Positions 12,501-25,470 of a stretch of 64,000 nucleotides of DNA are shown in pieces. Below the pieces are notes generated by a model. It saw only the letters and a program-made list of their open reading frames with translations, ran no database searches and was not told where the DNA came from. Positions within the stretch are counted from its first letter, which is position 1. Each line of letters begins with the position of its first letter. Position numbers and translations under genes: made by a program. The stretch is from Cycas panzhihuaensis (lineage: Eukaryota > Plantae > Cycadophyta), in assembly GCA_023213395.1 (NCBI GenBank), contig CM041465.1:213411741-213475740 (forward strand), given 5' to 3'.

Positions 12501-15500
12501 CTGTGGTCCAACAAACATTCATACATCAAAACAACTACAAACAATGATAATGATCTCAATTGTAATATTATTCTAAAACTATAAATCAAAACTAGAAACC
12601 CATCCAATTATTTATCGTTTCCCCTTAATGTTTCAACAAAGCAAGCTAATATGAAGAAAAATTTAATGAAACAACTTATACTATTGATAGGAGAAATACA
12701 TTATGGTAAGGTTTGCCCTAGGGAGATCAATAAACTAGCAATGATGTACATCTTATTAATTATTTGATTGACAATTTTAGTCAACAATTCATCAATATTA
12801 CATAATAGTACTTGATCATGAGAGATGAAGACTACACGCAAAAGACTTATGACAACATAGCAAATTCAAGATAAGCAAGTAAAGAAAGAAGCTAGGAAAG
12901 AATGAACTGTGTAAGGAGGAAGTAAAGGAGGAGTTGAGCAACATTAAGATATATTCTTACACGCTAACCCATTTCAGATAACTAGACAAACGAAATATTT
13001 ACTACAAATGGCCATACTTATATGTTAGGGTCAACATGTTATTTTCACAAGCTCTAAACAAATTCTACCCAACTTTAACAGTACTCTAGAACAATTTGGA
13101 GTGCAAATTTCAAGTGACTTCAAAATCAAGTTTGAAAACCTAGCAGACAAGGTGTATGTCATGGAAAATGATCATTTGTTTTAACAAAATGCAACATTGC
13201 TAGTCAAATAATAGCATCCTTACTTCAATCCAAATAAACAAGGACCATGTAACAATAAATTGTCAAAGAAAGAGAGCTTAAGAGGAAAAACAATCAAGTG
13301 TTTTTGTCTACTACTCACTAGAATAAGCTTTTAAATGTTGAAAGAAATGAAGATTTTCCAACTAGTGAAAGGTCAACATCTTAATCGCCTGAAGCAAAAG
13401 CACAAATTCTTAAAAGGAGGGGCAAAAATAGAAAAGCAATAAGATTTGCTATGAAATTGCATACTCTAATCTAGATATAATTAAACATGACCTACCTATC
13501 AGAATCAATACACTCATACAATGAGAAGAGAATGGGCACTAATAATCCATACATCACAAATGAGAGCTTGTACATACTCATACAAAGAGTCTCTAACATA
13601 AAAGTGAGTTAGGGTTAGAGACTAACACTTAATGTCAGTCAATATAACATAAAGTTGATGTGACTAATATGAAGTTACATGTACTAGTACAACACGAGAG
13701 GTGACATTACATTCTAACATCCCCTCTTAATGTCAACTCCTAGTCATGATTTCAAGCTTGTCACGTAAATACAGGAATTTATCTTTGGCCAAAGGATTGG
13801 TGAATATGTCTACAAGTTGCTCTTCACTTGGACAGTACACCAACTTCACTTCCTTCTTGTCCACTTTCTCTCAGATGAAGTGGTGGTGTACTCCAATGTC
13901 CTTGGATCTGGCGTGAAATACAGGATTCTTTGTCATATGGATGGTGCTTTGATTGTCACAGTTGATCTGACTTGGCCAATGTTAGGGATGATTGAGCTCC
14001 TCCAAAAGTCTTCTAAGCCAGATAGCTTCATAGGTTGCATGAACTGCGGCTTGATATTCTACCTCTGTGGTGGACAATGAAACCGTTGATTGCTTCTTTG
14101 TTTTCCATGAAATAATTCCATAGACGAGATCGAAGGAATATTCAGTTGTGGATTTCTTACTGTCTAGGTCCTCAACCTAATTAGAATCAGAATAGCCAGA
14201 TAGAAGACTAGAACACTTTTTATTGTATTGAATTGAATGATACTTTGTCCCCTGTATATATCGAAGTATGTGTTTGGCAGCTTTCTAGTGTGATTCCTTG
14301 GGAGATGACATGTATCTGGACACAATCCCCACAGCATAAACAATATCAGGCCTCGTAGATGTGAGATAGATTAGATTGCCCACCAATTTTCGATACAAAG
14401 TTGCACCTACTAGTTTACCATCCTAATTGGATGTCAACTTGGTACTGGTACACATAGGAGTAGGAGCAGCTTTACAGTTTGTCATGTTAAATTCTTCTAG
14501 GATTTTTATTACATATTTAGATTGATGTATAAAAATTCCATGGGTTTGATGATGAATTTCAATTCCCAAATAGTAGTGCAGTGGGCCTAAATCAATCATT
14601 TCAAATTCCTTGGACAGTTGATGATGTAGAGAATTGATCCAATCAGTGTCATCACCTGTTATTATTAGATCATCCACATACACTACTAGGATTGAGATCA
14701 ACTTATCTTTATTGATTCGAACATAAAGACCATGATCTGATTCACACCTTGACATTGCCGCATTCCTTAGATATGTATCAAATTTTGAGTACCAGGATCC
14801 GGGGGCTTGTTTCAGTCCATACAGAGCCTTATTAAGCCTGCACACGAGGAGCACTTGTCCAGGTTCAACATATCTTGGTGGTTGTTGCATGTATACTGTT
14901 GAGCAGAAAATCGAGCAGAGTAGGGCGAATTCACAGACACAGAGCAATAATAGAGAAAAAGGTCCACAAATGCTAAATCCAAATAGATCGAATTCACAAA
15001 TAGCAACCACCTTTTGATCCAAAAGTATATCTTCAATTATAGGTTAAATACAAAATACGATACAAGAATGCACAAATTATAAGTAGAGCTCCAACAGAGT
15101 ACTGCATCGCCTGCCACAATCGCCAAACCCTTCGAGGTGGGGATCCTCCCAGAAATTGCAACCCTAAGGCCGAAAATCTGCACTTGCCTTGAGGCCGAAA
15201 ATGAAGAGAAGAGAGCTTCACGAATGGATGATTTCGAATGATCTCAAAGTCCCTATATATAGGCGCGTAACTGGGACAAAATGAAGTCGGCCAGAGCAGG
15301 GAGGAGTGCGCTCAACATAATCATGAGAAGTCGGCTACAGCTTCTCAAAAAACTGGCAGGCTATCTTTAAATGGTCATAACTTTTGATAGGGATGTCGGA
15401 ATTGACTTTCGTCTGAACCGTTGGAATCGTCGTTCAGAGGCCTATCATTTGAATGCTTATATGCTATAACTTTGACCATATTTTGGAGTGCTACAAGTCC

Positions 15501-15526
15501 CCTCCCCTTGAAATTGTGCTTTGCCC

Positions 15527-18500
15527 TCAAAGCACTTTGTTCGGAAATTGTTTTAACCATTCATCGTTTTCCCAAGTGGAGTCTTCAATATCCAAGTTCT
15601 TCCATTTTATGAGATGCTCTTTGATCTGTCTAGACCTAAGAGATCGGGTGCGGGATTGTAAGATTCCTTCAGGTTCTAACACCATCTTTCCTTCCTCATC
15701 GAGCTCTGGTATGTTGGATTGAGGAACGATCTTTTCCCCAATTTTCTTCTTTAGACAGGCTACATGGAAAACATTATGAATTTTTGTGTTTTCTGGGAGT
15801 TCTAACTGGTAGGCGACTTCACCTACTTTGGAAGTGATTTTGTAAGGACCAAAGTATCTAGGTGCTAGCTTTTGATTGTTTCTTTTTTGTAAGGACATCT
15901 GTTTGTATGGTTGAAGGCGTAAGAAAACCCAATCTCCTACTTCAAATTGTCGTTCCGAGCGTTTTAGATCGGCCTGTTGTTTCATCCTTCAATTTGCTGA
16001 TGGTTTCCTCCATTTGCTTCCGATGTTCTTCGACTGCCTGGACCTGTGAAGGTCTATTCCAGGTTAATAATGATGGTGGCATATAGCCATACAAAGCCTG
16101 GAAAGGTGTCATTTTTGTTGAAGAATGATATGTGGTGTTGTACCACCATTACGCTAAATGTAACCATTGATGCCATTGCTTTTGTTTGTCGGCGAAGTTT
16201 CTCAAGTATCCTTCTAAGCATTTGTTGACAATCTCTGTTTGCCCATCCGTCGAGGATGGTATGATGTGCTCATCTTGAGTTTTGTGCACCGCAGTTTTGA
16301 ATAGATCCTGCCAAAATTTACTAGTAAATTTTGGGTCACGGTCACTTACAATTGCTTTAGGAAAACCATGCAACCTATGGATCTCCTTCATATATAGTTC
16401 TGCCACGTCGCTGGCCTTAGTTGTCGATTTCAGTCCTCTGAAGTGGCCATATTTGGTGAGGCGATCTATGATGACCAGAATTGCGTCCTTTCCTTCAGAG
16501 CAAGGTAATCCGGTTATAAAATCCATGGATATTTCATCCCATTTTTGTTCTGGCGTTGGCAGCAACTGGAGTAACCCTGGCATTTTTATGCATTCGATCC
16601 TGTTTCGTTGGTGTATCACATTCTGCCACAAACTTTTGAACGTCTGTTTTTAATCCTTTCCAATAAAATGAAGCTCTTATCTTCCTGTATGTCTTGTCAA
16701 TGCTCGTGACCGCCGCTCGGTGTGGAATGGCCTTCTTGTAATATTATCTCCTTTAGCCCTGATCTTCTAGGAATGCAAATCTTTCCTTTCCTGAGTATTA
16801 TTCCCTGTTGTATCTCATATGAGCCAATTTTGTCCTTCCTTACTTTGTCGACCAATTGTTTGTACTTTGGATCGTTGTCGTATTCCTTCTTTAATGTCTC
16901 ATGCCAGAGTAGCCACCGATATTGTATGTAGTCTTTGGTTTCGCGTGAGTTTCTTCTCGAATTCTTGAGAGAGTCTGCTATGACATTGTCTTTGCCCTTT
17001 TGTACACAATGGAGAAATCAAATGTTTGTAATTTGCTCACCCACTTTTGTTGTTAAATCGCGGTGTCTTGATTTAAGAAGTATTTGAGGCTGTCATGGTC
17101 CGTTCGCACTGGAAGGAACCGCCTAGTAAATATTGTCTCCGGTTGATCGCGTGCATTATGGCTAGCATCTCCTTATCATAGATGGGCTTTAACTTTTCTC
17201 TGTTATTCAATTTCTGCTCTCGTACACTATCGGTCTTCGTCTTGTAATAGGACACTCCTATGCCAAACCTGAAGCATTGCATTCCAAGATGAATGGTTTT
17301 GAGAAGTCTGGGACTGCTAAACTGGGGCTCTTACCATTGTGCTTTTTAGTTCTTCAAAGGCTTTGTTGGCCGCTTGCCCATGTGAAAGCATCCTTTTTGT
17401 TAGATCGTAAGTGGAGCCGCTATGTTAGCATATCCTCTTATGAATTTCCCGAGGTCTCCTACCGCTCCTAGGAAGCTACGAACTCCTGACATTCTTTGGT
17501 CTTGGCCATTCTATTATTGCTTGGACCTTCTTGGGGTCGACCTTGATTCCGTTTGGAGTAATGATATGACCGAGGTATTCGAGTTCCTGTTGGCCAAAAG
17601 AGCATTTTTTCTTGTTTGCAAAGAATAAACCTTTTGCTAAAATTTCTAGGGCTAATCTCAGGTGTTCCAAATGTTCTCTCCATGTTTCTTTGTCAAAATG
17701 AGGATATCGTCAAAAAAGATTAGTACGAATTTCCTCAAACATTCCTTGAATGTGGAGTTCATAGTGGCCTGGAACGTTGCTGGAGCGTTGGTTAGACCAA
17801 ATGGCATCACTTTGAATTGAGCAGTCCCTCATGAGTTCGAATCTTTGTCTTGTGGACGTCCCCCTCTTTTACCCGAATTTGATGGTAACCCGACCGGAGG
17901 TCTATCTTGGAGAAGTATTGCGCTCCATGTATTTCGTCTAGTAGGTCATCGATCCTAGGGATAGGATATCTATTTTTTACAGTCAACTTGTTCAATCCCC
18001 TGTAATCTATGCACATCCTGATTGTGCCATCTTTCTTAGGGCTAACCACCACTGGGGATGCAAACGGGCTTATGCTAGTCTGAACATGGCCGTGTGCAAG
18101 TAATTCTCTAGTTATGTTCTCGATCTCTTTCCTCATGTGGTATGGATGCCTGTATGGCCTTATGTTCACTGGTGTTGCTCCTGGAATTAAATCAATCGCG
18201 TGCTGGATTTCTTTTGCTAGCGGTAATCCTTTTGGTTCTTCGAATACTTGTTTATATTCGTCCAAGATGTAATGTATTTCTGTTGGAATTTCTTGGATTT
18301 CTATCTTGTGGCATGACACTATATATGTGGGTGCTTTCTTCCGCATGATTCTTTCCATTCTGTGAGATGACACTAATTGTGTCGGTGGATATTTAGGTCC
18401 CCGTAGTATGTATTTGGTGCCATTTATTCGGAAGCACATGACTCTGGTCATGTAGTTGGTGACTATATTTCCTAAGGTTTGTAACCACTGTACCCCTAGG

Positions 18501-19701
18501 ACTATATCAACGCCTCCTATCTCGCATTGCAAACATATTGGATGTCACGTGGTACTCACCAATTTTCGTGTTGATGTTTCGAGAATCCTCCGCAAGGTGC
18601 CGTCTTCCTGCTAGCAATTGAGACACGGAAGGTTTTAATGGTTCCACCTTGATTCCCCTTTTGGCCATTGGTCTGTTGATAAAATTATGCGTGCTCCCAC
18701 TATCCACTAACACCGCTATTGGGGCTCCTTTCGAGATCCCTTCAAATCGTAGTGTTTGAGGTGTCGTGTTTTGACCTGTTATGGCTTGCAGAGATATTTG
18801 AACATTTTCTGTATCGACTTCTAGTAGTTCATCTAGTTCAACTTCGTCCCGTTCATTGTTATCTTCTTGATCTGGGGCCGTATCTTCTTACATTTGTTCG
18901 GTATCTCAGTTCTTCATTATTCAGCATAAATACCTTCTTTCCCGGACATTGGTGTTCTCGATTCCATTTCCCTCCGCATTTGAAACAAGTACCTTTCTGT
19001 ATGTGTTCTTGTCGCGTGGAATTTTCCGTTGTATTCTTGATTGCAAGTGGAGCGTCTGATTTAACTCCTGACCTCTGCCAGTTCGTGTTAGATGGTGGAG
19101 CAAAATCCGTTCTACGCACGAAGGTAGGCATGGTTTCTTTAAGTTCAGCTTTGACACATCGAGCGTGGTTTATGATGTCTTCTAATGCTCCATGTTGCTG
19201 CGCTAATACCTGGAATCTGATGGGGGCCTTGAGCCCGCTTATATATGTCTCCCTTAGACATTCCTGAGGAATGTTTGATGTAACCATACATTGTAACATC
19301 TGAAATTGTTCCGTATATTCGCGATGATCCATCGCTGCCGATCTTGTCAATGCGAAGTAATTCATAGACCAAGAGTCTTCATATTGGTTGATGATAGCTA
19401 CTCGAAATTTCTCCATTCCTCTTCTTTGAGGTCCTTGCATCTTTTTCCACCAATAATACCAATTCAAGGCTCGTCCATAGAGATGTAAGGAGGCAATGAG
19501 CACCATATCTATGCTTGGTGTTTTGTTTATCATAAGTATGTTTCCATTTGAAGTAGCCATGCTCTTATGTCCTGTGTTTTTTCTGGATCGAATTTTTCTA
19601 ATGCGATCTTTGGTCCTCCTTGTTTCACATTTCTTCAGAAAAACAATTCCTTCCTTAAACCTACTTTCGGGTTCCCCGACCGCTTTCTTGATCTGAATCA
19701 C
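15527..19701 (-). pseudogene. Chromovirus gag-pol (gag, protease, RT, RNaseH, integrase, chromodomain), frameshifted in this assembly
   Basis: [79 protein letters not shown]-terminal chromodomain HLIKWKNLDIEDSTWE. Confidence 0.9.
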
Positions 19702-19955
19702 TCGCTTTTCGGATGAGCTATCTCTTGTTTATCCAATCTTCCGTTTAAGTTCCTAATTTGTTGTGAAAGTTCTTCCATGACCGCTGTCAAGGTTTCTACT
19801 GCTTGTTCTTCTGAGTTGTGGGACCTCGGCATTTTGTTTTGTGGGCTGTGATTTTTCTGGATCTTAATTCCGTCTTAGTCCTTTTTGAATTGCTAGGGTG
19901 GGAGGGTGGGTCAAAATTTTCTTCCCCTTGTGAAAATTTCCCGCTTCGAAACGAA

Positions 19956-19967
19956 GCTCTGATACCA
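19956..19967 (-). promoter_or_regulatory. Primer-binding site (tRNA-iMet) of the chromovirus
   Basis: Exact TGGTATCAGAGC, 2 nt inside the 5' LTR. Confidence 0.9.
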
Positions 19968-22900
19968 CTTGTAGCGAGTCCTTTACCCAATTGGACAGAA
20001 AATCGAGCGGTAGGGCGAATTCACATACGTAGCAATAATAGAGAAAAGGTCCACAAATGCTAAATCCAAATAGATCGAATTCACAAATGGCAAACACCTT
20101 TTGATCCAAAAGTATATCTTCAATTATAGGTTAAATACAAAATACGATACAAGAATGCACAAATTATAAGTAGAGCTCCAACAGAGTACCTGTACTGCCT
20201 GCCACAATCGCCAAACCCTTCGAGGCGGGGATCCTCCCAAATTGCAGCCCTAAGGCCGAAAATCTGCACTTGCCTTGAGGCCGAAAATGAAGAGAAGAGA
20301 GCTTCACGAATGGATGATTTCGAATGATCTCAAAGTCCCTATATATAGGCGCATAAACTGGGACAAAATGAAGTCGGCCAGAGCAGGAAGGAGTGCGCTC
20401 AACATAATCATGAGAAGTCGGCTACAGTTTCTCAAAAAACTGGCAGACTATCTTTAAATGGTCATAACTTTTGATAGGGATGTCGGAATTGACTTTTGTC
20501 TGAACCGTTGGAATCGTCGTTCAGATGCCTATCATTTGAATGCTTATATGCTATAACTTTGACCATATTTTGGAGTGCTACATATACCCCCTCTTCCAGG
20601 TCGCCATTTAAAAAGGCTCCTTTAGCATCCATCTAGTGGACAGGCTAGTTGTGTTGGGCTGCAAGGGCCAAGACAGTTCTAATGGTGATCATTTTGCTGA
20701 CTCAAGCAAAGGTTTCATCATAATCAATTCCCTGTGTTTGAGGGAATCCTTTGGCTACAAGTCAAGCCTTGTATTTTTCAATACTCTTGTCAACTTTTTC
20801 TTTGATCTTGTAAAGCCATCGGCATCCAATGATTTGTTTGTCTAGCGGTGGTGTCACCTAGTCCCAAGTCTTGTTCTTGACATTGGAAGCCATTTCTTCA
20901 TCCATTGCCAACTTCTAATTGGGGTCCTCTTGAGCCTACTGAGGGGAGATGTTAGTGTTGACGACAAATCCAAAGTGAGTTCTTCCTCTTGTCCTTCTTC
21001 CTTCAGGTAGATCACCTAGCTCAATCACGGATTCTTCAATTGTTTTGAAATACCATTTATGAATCCTTTTTGGTTGGGTTGAAGATTGATTCTCTTGATT
21101 GCAAGAGTGGAGTGTTATGTGCCAGTGGATGACATAGATTTTGCATGTTGGCTTTCCAAGAATGGTAGATTCAAAGTTACATGTTCATTAGATGTGACAT
21201 TCTCCTTGCAAGAGTCTAATGTCTCATCAAAGTAAACATCTCTACTTGGATATACCTTATCAGTCAATGGATCCAAACATCTGTAGGCTTTAGAGGTTTC
21301 ACTATAACCTACCAGAATGCATTTCCTATTCTTGTCATCCAATTTCTTTTGTTTTTCAATTGGGATGTGCATGTATACAGTAGACCCAAAAACTCGAAGG
21401 TGGGACACATCAGGCTTGTTACCAGACCAAATTTCTTATGGAGTCACATTTTCTAGAGCCTTTGAAGAGCTTCTATTAAGTAGATAAACAGCAGTATTTG
21501 CAGCTTCTGCCCAATATTTGTTGGGGACATTTATTTCTTTTAAGAGAGAACGAGTCATCCTTATTATAGTTATGTTCTTCCTTTCGACCACTCCATTAGA
21601 TTGAGGGGTGTACGGAGTGGTCAATTGATTTTGAATTCCATGTCTCTTGCAAAATTCGTTGAATTCACTAGAAGTGAATTCTCCTCCATTGTCAATTCTT
21701 AGATACTTAATATAGTGGTCACTTTCATTTTTAACTTTGGCCTTAAAATTTTGAAATACACCAAGTACATCAGATTTTAGCTTGAGAAAGTAAATCCACA
21801 CTTTTTTAGAGTAGTCATCTATGAATGTAAGAAAGCACTAAGCTCCTTGAACAAAGGGTGGAATGAAAGGTCCACATAGATCATTGTGTATTATTTGAAG
21901 TTTGTGCTTGACTCTTATTATGCTTGGATTAAATGGTAACCTATGTTGTTCTCCCATCATGCATATATCACAAACAATACTAGTTTTTTTAATCAAGGCA
22001 ATCCTTTTACCATGTCATATCTACTCAAATTGGACAAAGCATCATAAGAGAGGTACCCACACCGCAAGTGCCAGAGTTTTCCATTATCAAAAGGAAGAGA
22101 TACATTCAAAGCAAAGTGAGTTGGTGAGGCCAAAAAATTGTACAATACTTTTGGCTTGAGACCTTCACCAATCACTTTGTTGTTTTTGTATTTATTAAAA
22201 AATATATATTTGTCCCCATCGAAAAGAACTTGAAGTTTGTTATTAGTCAAAAAGGATACTAGGAGAAGATTCTTAGTCATCCCAACTACATACAAGACTT
22301 GCCCAACTTTCTAAAGTTCTCCATTAGGCAAGATAACTGGTAAGTCGCATGTTCCTTGGCGACAGTTGATGGCGAAGTATTCGAACTTTCCACAATAAAA
22401 GCACATGATTTGTTGTTGGATTTTGCCCCCAGAGTATTGTTGAGAAGGAGCTCTAGAAGAAGACTATCCCCTGATAGGACTGAAGCTAGTAGGAGGATGT
22501 CTTCCACAATCTGAAGTTCTGCCTAAGCCTCTGTTTGAGTTAAAAGCCCCTCAATTGGTGGTGCTCCTGCAACAAAAACTGACCTGGGTGGAGAAGGCAT
22601 TCTCAAAGTCTCCTTCCATGTTAATTTCAGTTTGTTCATAATGAAGAAGGCAACCAAAGAAGGCATCAAATGTTAGTTGTGCTATGTCAACAGTCGTCAA
22701 GTATGAGGTAATAAATGGTTTGAATCTTGGAGGCAACTTATTGAGCATCAAGTCGATGAGTTCACCACCAGTATAAGTGATTCCAATAGAAATGAGGTTT
22801 TCTTGGATGCATTTGAAGTGAGCCAAGGAGGAGGTAACACTCTTAGATTCAATCATCTTGAGCAAGGCCATTTGATTCTTAAGGGACATGATGCGGGCAA

Positions 22901-25307
22901 CATTGTTTTGAACATACAAGGTTTGAAGGGTGGTCCAGGCATCATAAAGGGAAGTAGCACTAGAAATATGTGGTAGGATAGAATCTGTAACTGATAGAGT
23001 GATAACAGCAAGGGCAAGACCTCTTTGTTCTAGAATTTTTTTTTTTTCCAGCAGGGTCTACAGGTTCTTGTTTGATAGCTTCTATTTGGTCCCATGCTCC
23101 TATAGCAATGAGGATAGATCTCATTTTGGTTCTCTGGGATTCATAATTGTCACCAATTAATTTCTTAGAGCCTACAAGACGGAGGGTGGAAGCCATATTG
23201 ATGGGTTGATTCTAACAATGCTAGACACAAGATTACCTAGACTTGTAGGCTTGTCAATAAATCTCTAGATAAGATTCGAGGCAGGTAGCATCGTGGTGCT
23301 AACCACTAACCACTGCACTATAAGTTTTTGACAGCAGGTCAAGGCTTCCTATCCTAGGATCAGCTCAGGGTCCTCTGATATACCTTTCAATACGTGGAGG
23401 CTTAAATTTGTGAGCGAGTTCTATCTCAAGCCTGGGTATTGGGTCCTTTCAATTCTACTCACTTCACATGTTGGTTTTAAACTGCCAATGTGCTTAGCCA
23501 AGAACGACATATCCATCACGATTATTATAAACCCCTAGAACAAGGTCTCTAAGGTAGGGAACAAGTAGGTGCCAAGCATAGCTATCTACTCGTGGAACAC
23601 ATAGATAGATTAGGGACACTGATTCATAGAGCTCAATGAGTAACAACACAATAATCTGCTTTTTAATTGATTTTCTGTATTTGGATTTCAATCACTACAC
23701 AAAGCACTGGAACATAACAAATCTTCGACCACCACACAGGGTGTCAAAATTTTATGATGTGACCACAACAATTTCAAAATTTTAATAAAACAAAATATGG
23801 AGCCTAAAATGGCTTTAACTCTTTTTACACCATGTGTCCAAGGGGATGTACTATGGGGGCTTAAAAACAAGTTTCAAAATTTATGAAATGCAATCTAATT
23901 ATATATAACTTTAGAAAACAAAAAATAATTTATCAAATAGACCCTATTGTTTGAAAATTTTGACGATCTACAAATTTTTGAATTTAGGTGGTGTCTAATG
24001 CAATCCCTTGCAACTCATGTAGGTGTTTATCCTCACCTGGTCTACTCAACAAGGGCTGCTCGCATGCACCCTAGTGGTATGCTCATGCTAGGTTCAAACT
24101 CAACTCCCACTACATATTCTACATTGACATCCTCGTAACTTTTAGCCCACAATGCAAACTAACTACCTATGACTTTGTGTTTCAACATTGGTCAATCGTC
24201 TGGCCCACAAAATCATCCATCTCCTAGTCTCATCATAGTGACTACCTATGCCTCTTCTCATTGGCTGAAGTTAGGGCATCTAGAACACAAATTCTGTGAC
24301 TCTCCTACATTGGGTGTTTCTACCCTAAACATCCCACAGCTCCATCGCCAACCCCCTTGTGATACCTACAACATGTATTTGATTGGGCATTCTTAGCACA
24401 TTGTTGGCATTCAAAAATTTTGAATCTTCAAATTGGGTTTAGACATTGACCTCCATGATTTGAATTTTAAAATTTGAAGTTCAAAAAAATTTAAATGGGC
24501 ACTGCTCCCACAATAAACCTATCATTGCTTTCTACAACTTATGATCACCATTGTGAAATGCAGAACCTAGCACTCTGCTATAAAAGATTTACACAAGAAG
24601 TTTCCTCTTTTCTTTTCTATTTTACTTTTTTAGTTCAACAACACAACATACCTAACATTTAATGATACAATAAGGCTACAATCTAAATCTCCAACTCCAA
24701 AAACCCCTCTTTTCTTCTAATTCTAAAAAATGCTCTACAATTTTGCAAACCCCAACAACGAGTTCCACTTTGAGAATACTCGAATCTGGCTCTCCTCTCA
24801 TGAATTGGCTCTAATGCCAAATGTCAGTGAATTTAAATAAGCCAAGAATAGTATTGCACACAAGATTTTTTTCTCAAAAGAATTAGTCTACCTTCGAATA
24901 TTTTCAATTCATTTTGAATCCTCAATGATATGTATAATCCACAATTATGTGTTGCTACTATTCCTACCTCAGATAAGTGATGCAAAGAAATAAAGCTAGC
25001 ACATAAACACATATTACATTAGAGCATTCAAACTAAAACTTTTATTAACAAAAGGGGCATTGTGTCTGGTCCTCTCGCAACCAAGTGCAAGCCCAAAATA
25101 GTACACAGTAGAAATTGGCCTATAACCGCAAATGTATAACAAGGAAACAAGTACAACTCCTATATCGATCATCATTATACCAAGATGTTGTCACTTATAT
25201 AAACGGATTACAAGTTCCTCTTATAACTATCATAATTGATTGACAATTAATTACATATAATTAAGTCATGAAATCAATCTTAACTAATAGTTTGCAATCT
25301 TGGTTGT

Positions 25308-25470
25308 AGTCTGGTCACACTCCAGGTTGTACTTGGTCACACTCGATTGCACTCCAGGTTGTACCTAGTCACACTAGGTCGCACTCTAGGTTGTGCCTAG
25401 TCGTACCTAAGCTACCAAATGTGACCTAGTTGCACTCCAGTTTGTACCCGATCACATCTAGTTGTACCTA
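25308..25470. repeat. Degenerate short tandem motif array (ctggtcacac/ccaggttgtac-like)
   Basis: Repeated ggtcacac, ggttgtac and ctaggtc motifs. Similar motifs flank 41640-41720 and 46550-46640. Confidence 0.6.

Larger units (their letters stand above)
14897..20582 (-). mobile_element. Full-length Ty3/gypsy chromovirus (Reina-like), ~5.7 kb, TATAC TSD
   Basis: LTRs at 14897-15495 and 19970-20582, very similar to each other. TSD TATAC at 14892-14896 and 20583-20587. PBS TGGTATCAGAGC at 19967-19956. PPT aaggggaggggact at 15509-15496. Confidence 0.96.
13720..24819 (-). mobile_element. Ty1/copia retrotransposon, degenerate, interrupted in RT by the chromovirus
   Basis: Gag from 23196 (KLIGDNY...), integrase (YTPQSNGVVER, SKAYRCLDP). 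RT MDAKGAFLNGDLEEGVY|MQQPP is rejoined across the insertion, followed by LYGLKQAP, YVDDL and RNaseH. PPT aagagggga at 13720-13728 with an LTR to its left. Degenerate Met PBS at 24808-24819, whose assignment to this element is uncertain. Confidence 0.85.

Noticed and set aside
14423-15022. Novel fusion ORF (hydrophobic N-terminus plus RT)
   Set aside because: Read-through from the chromovirus LTR across the TSD into the host copia RT.
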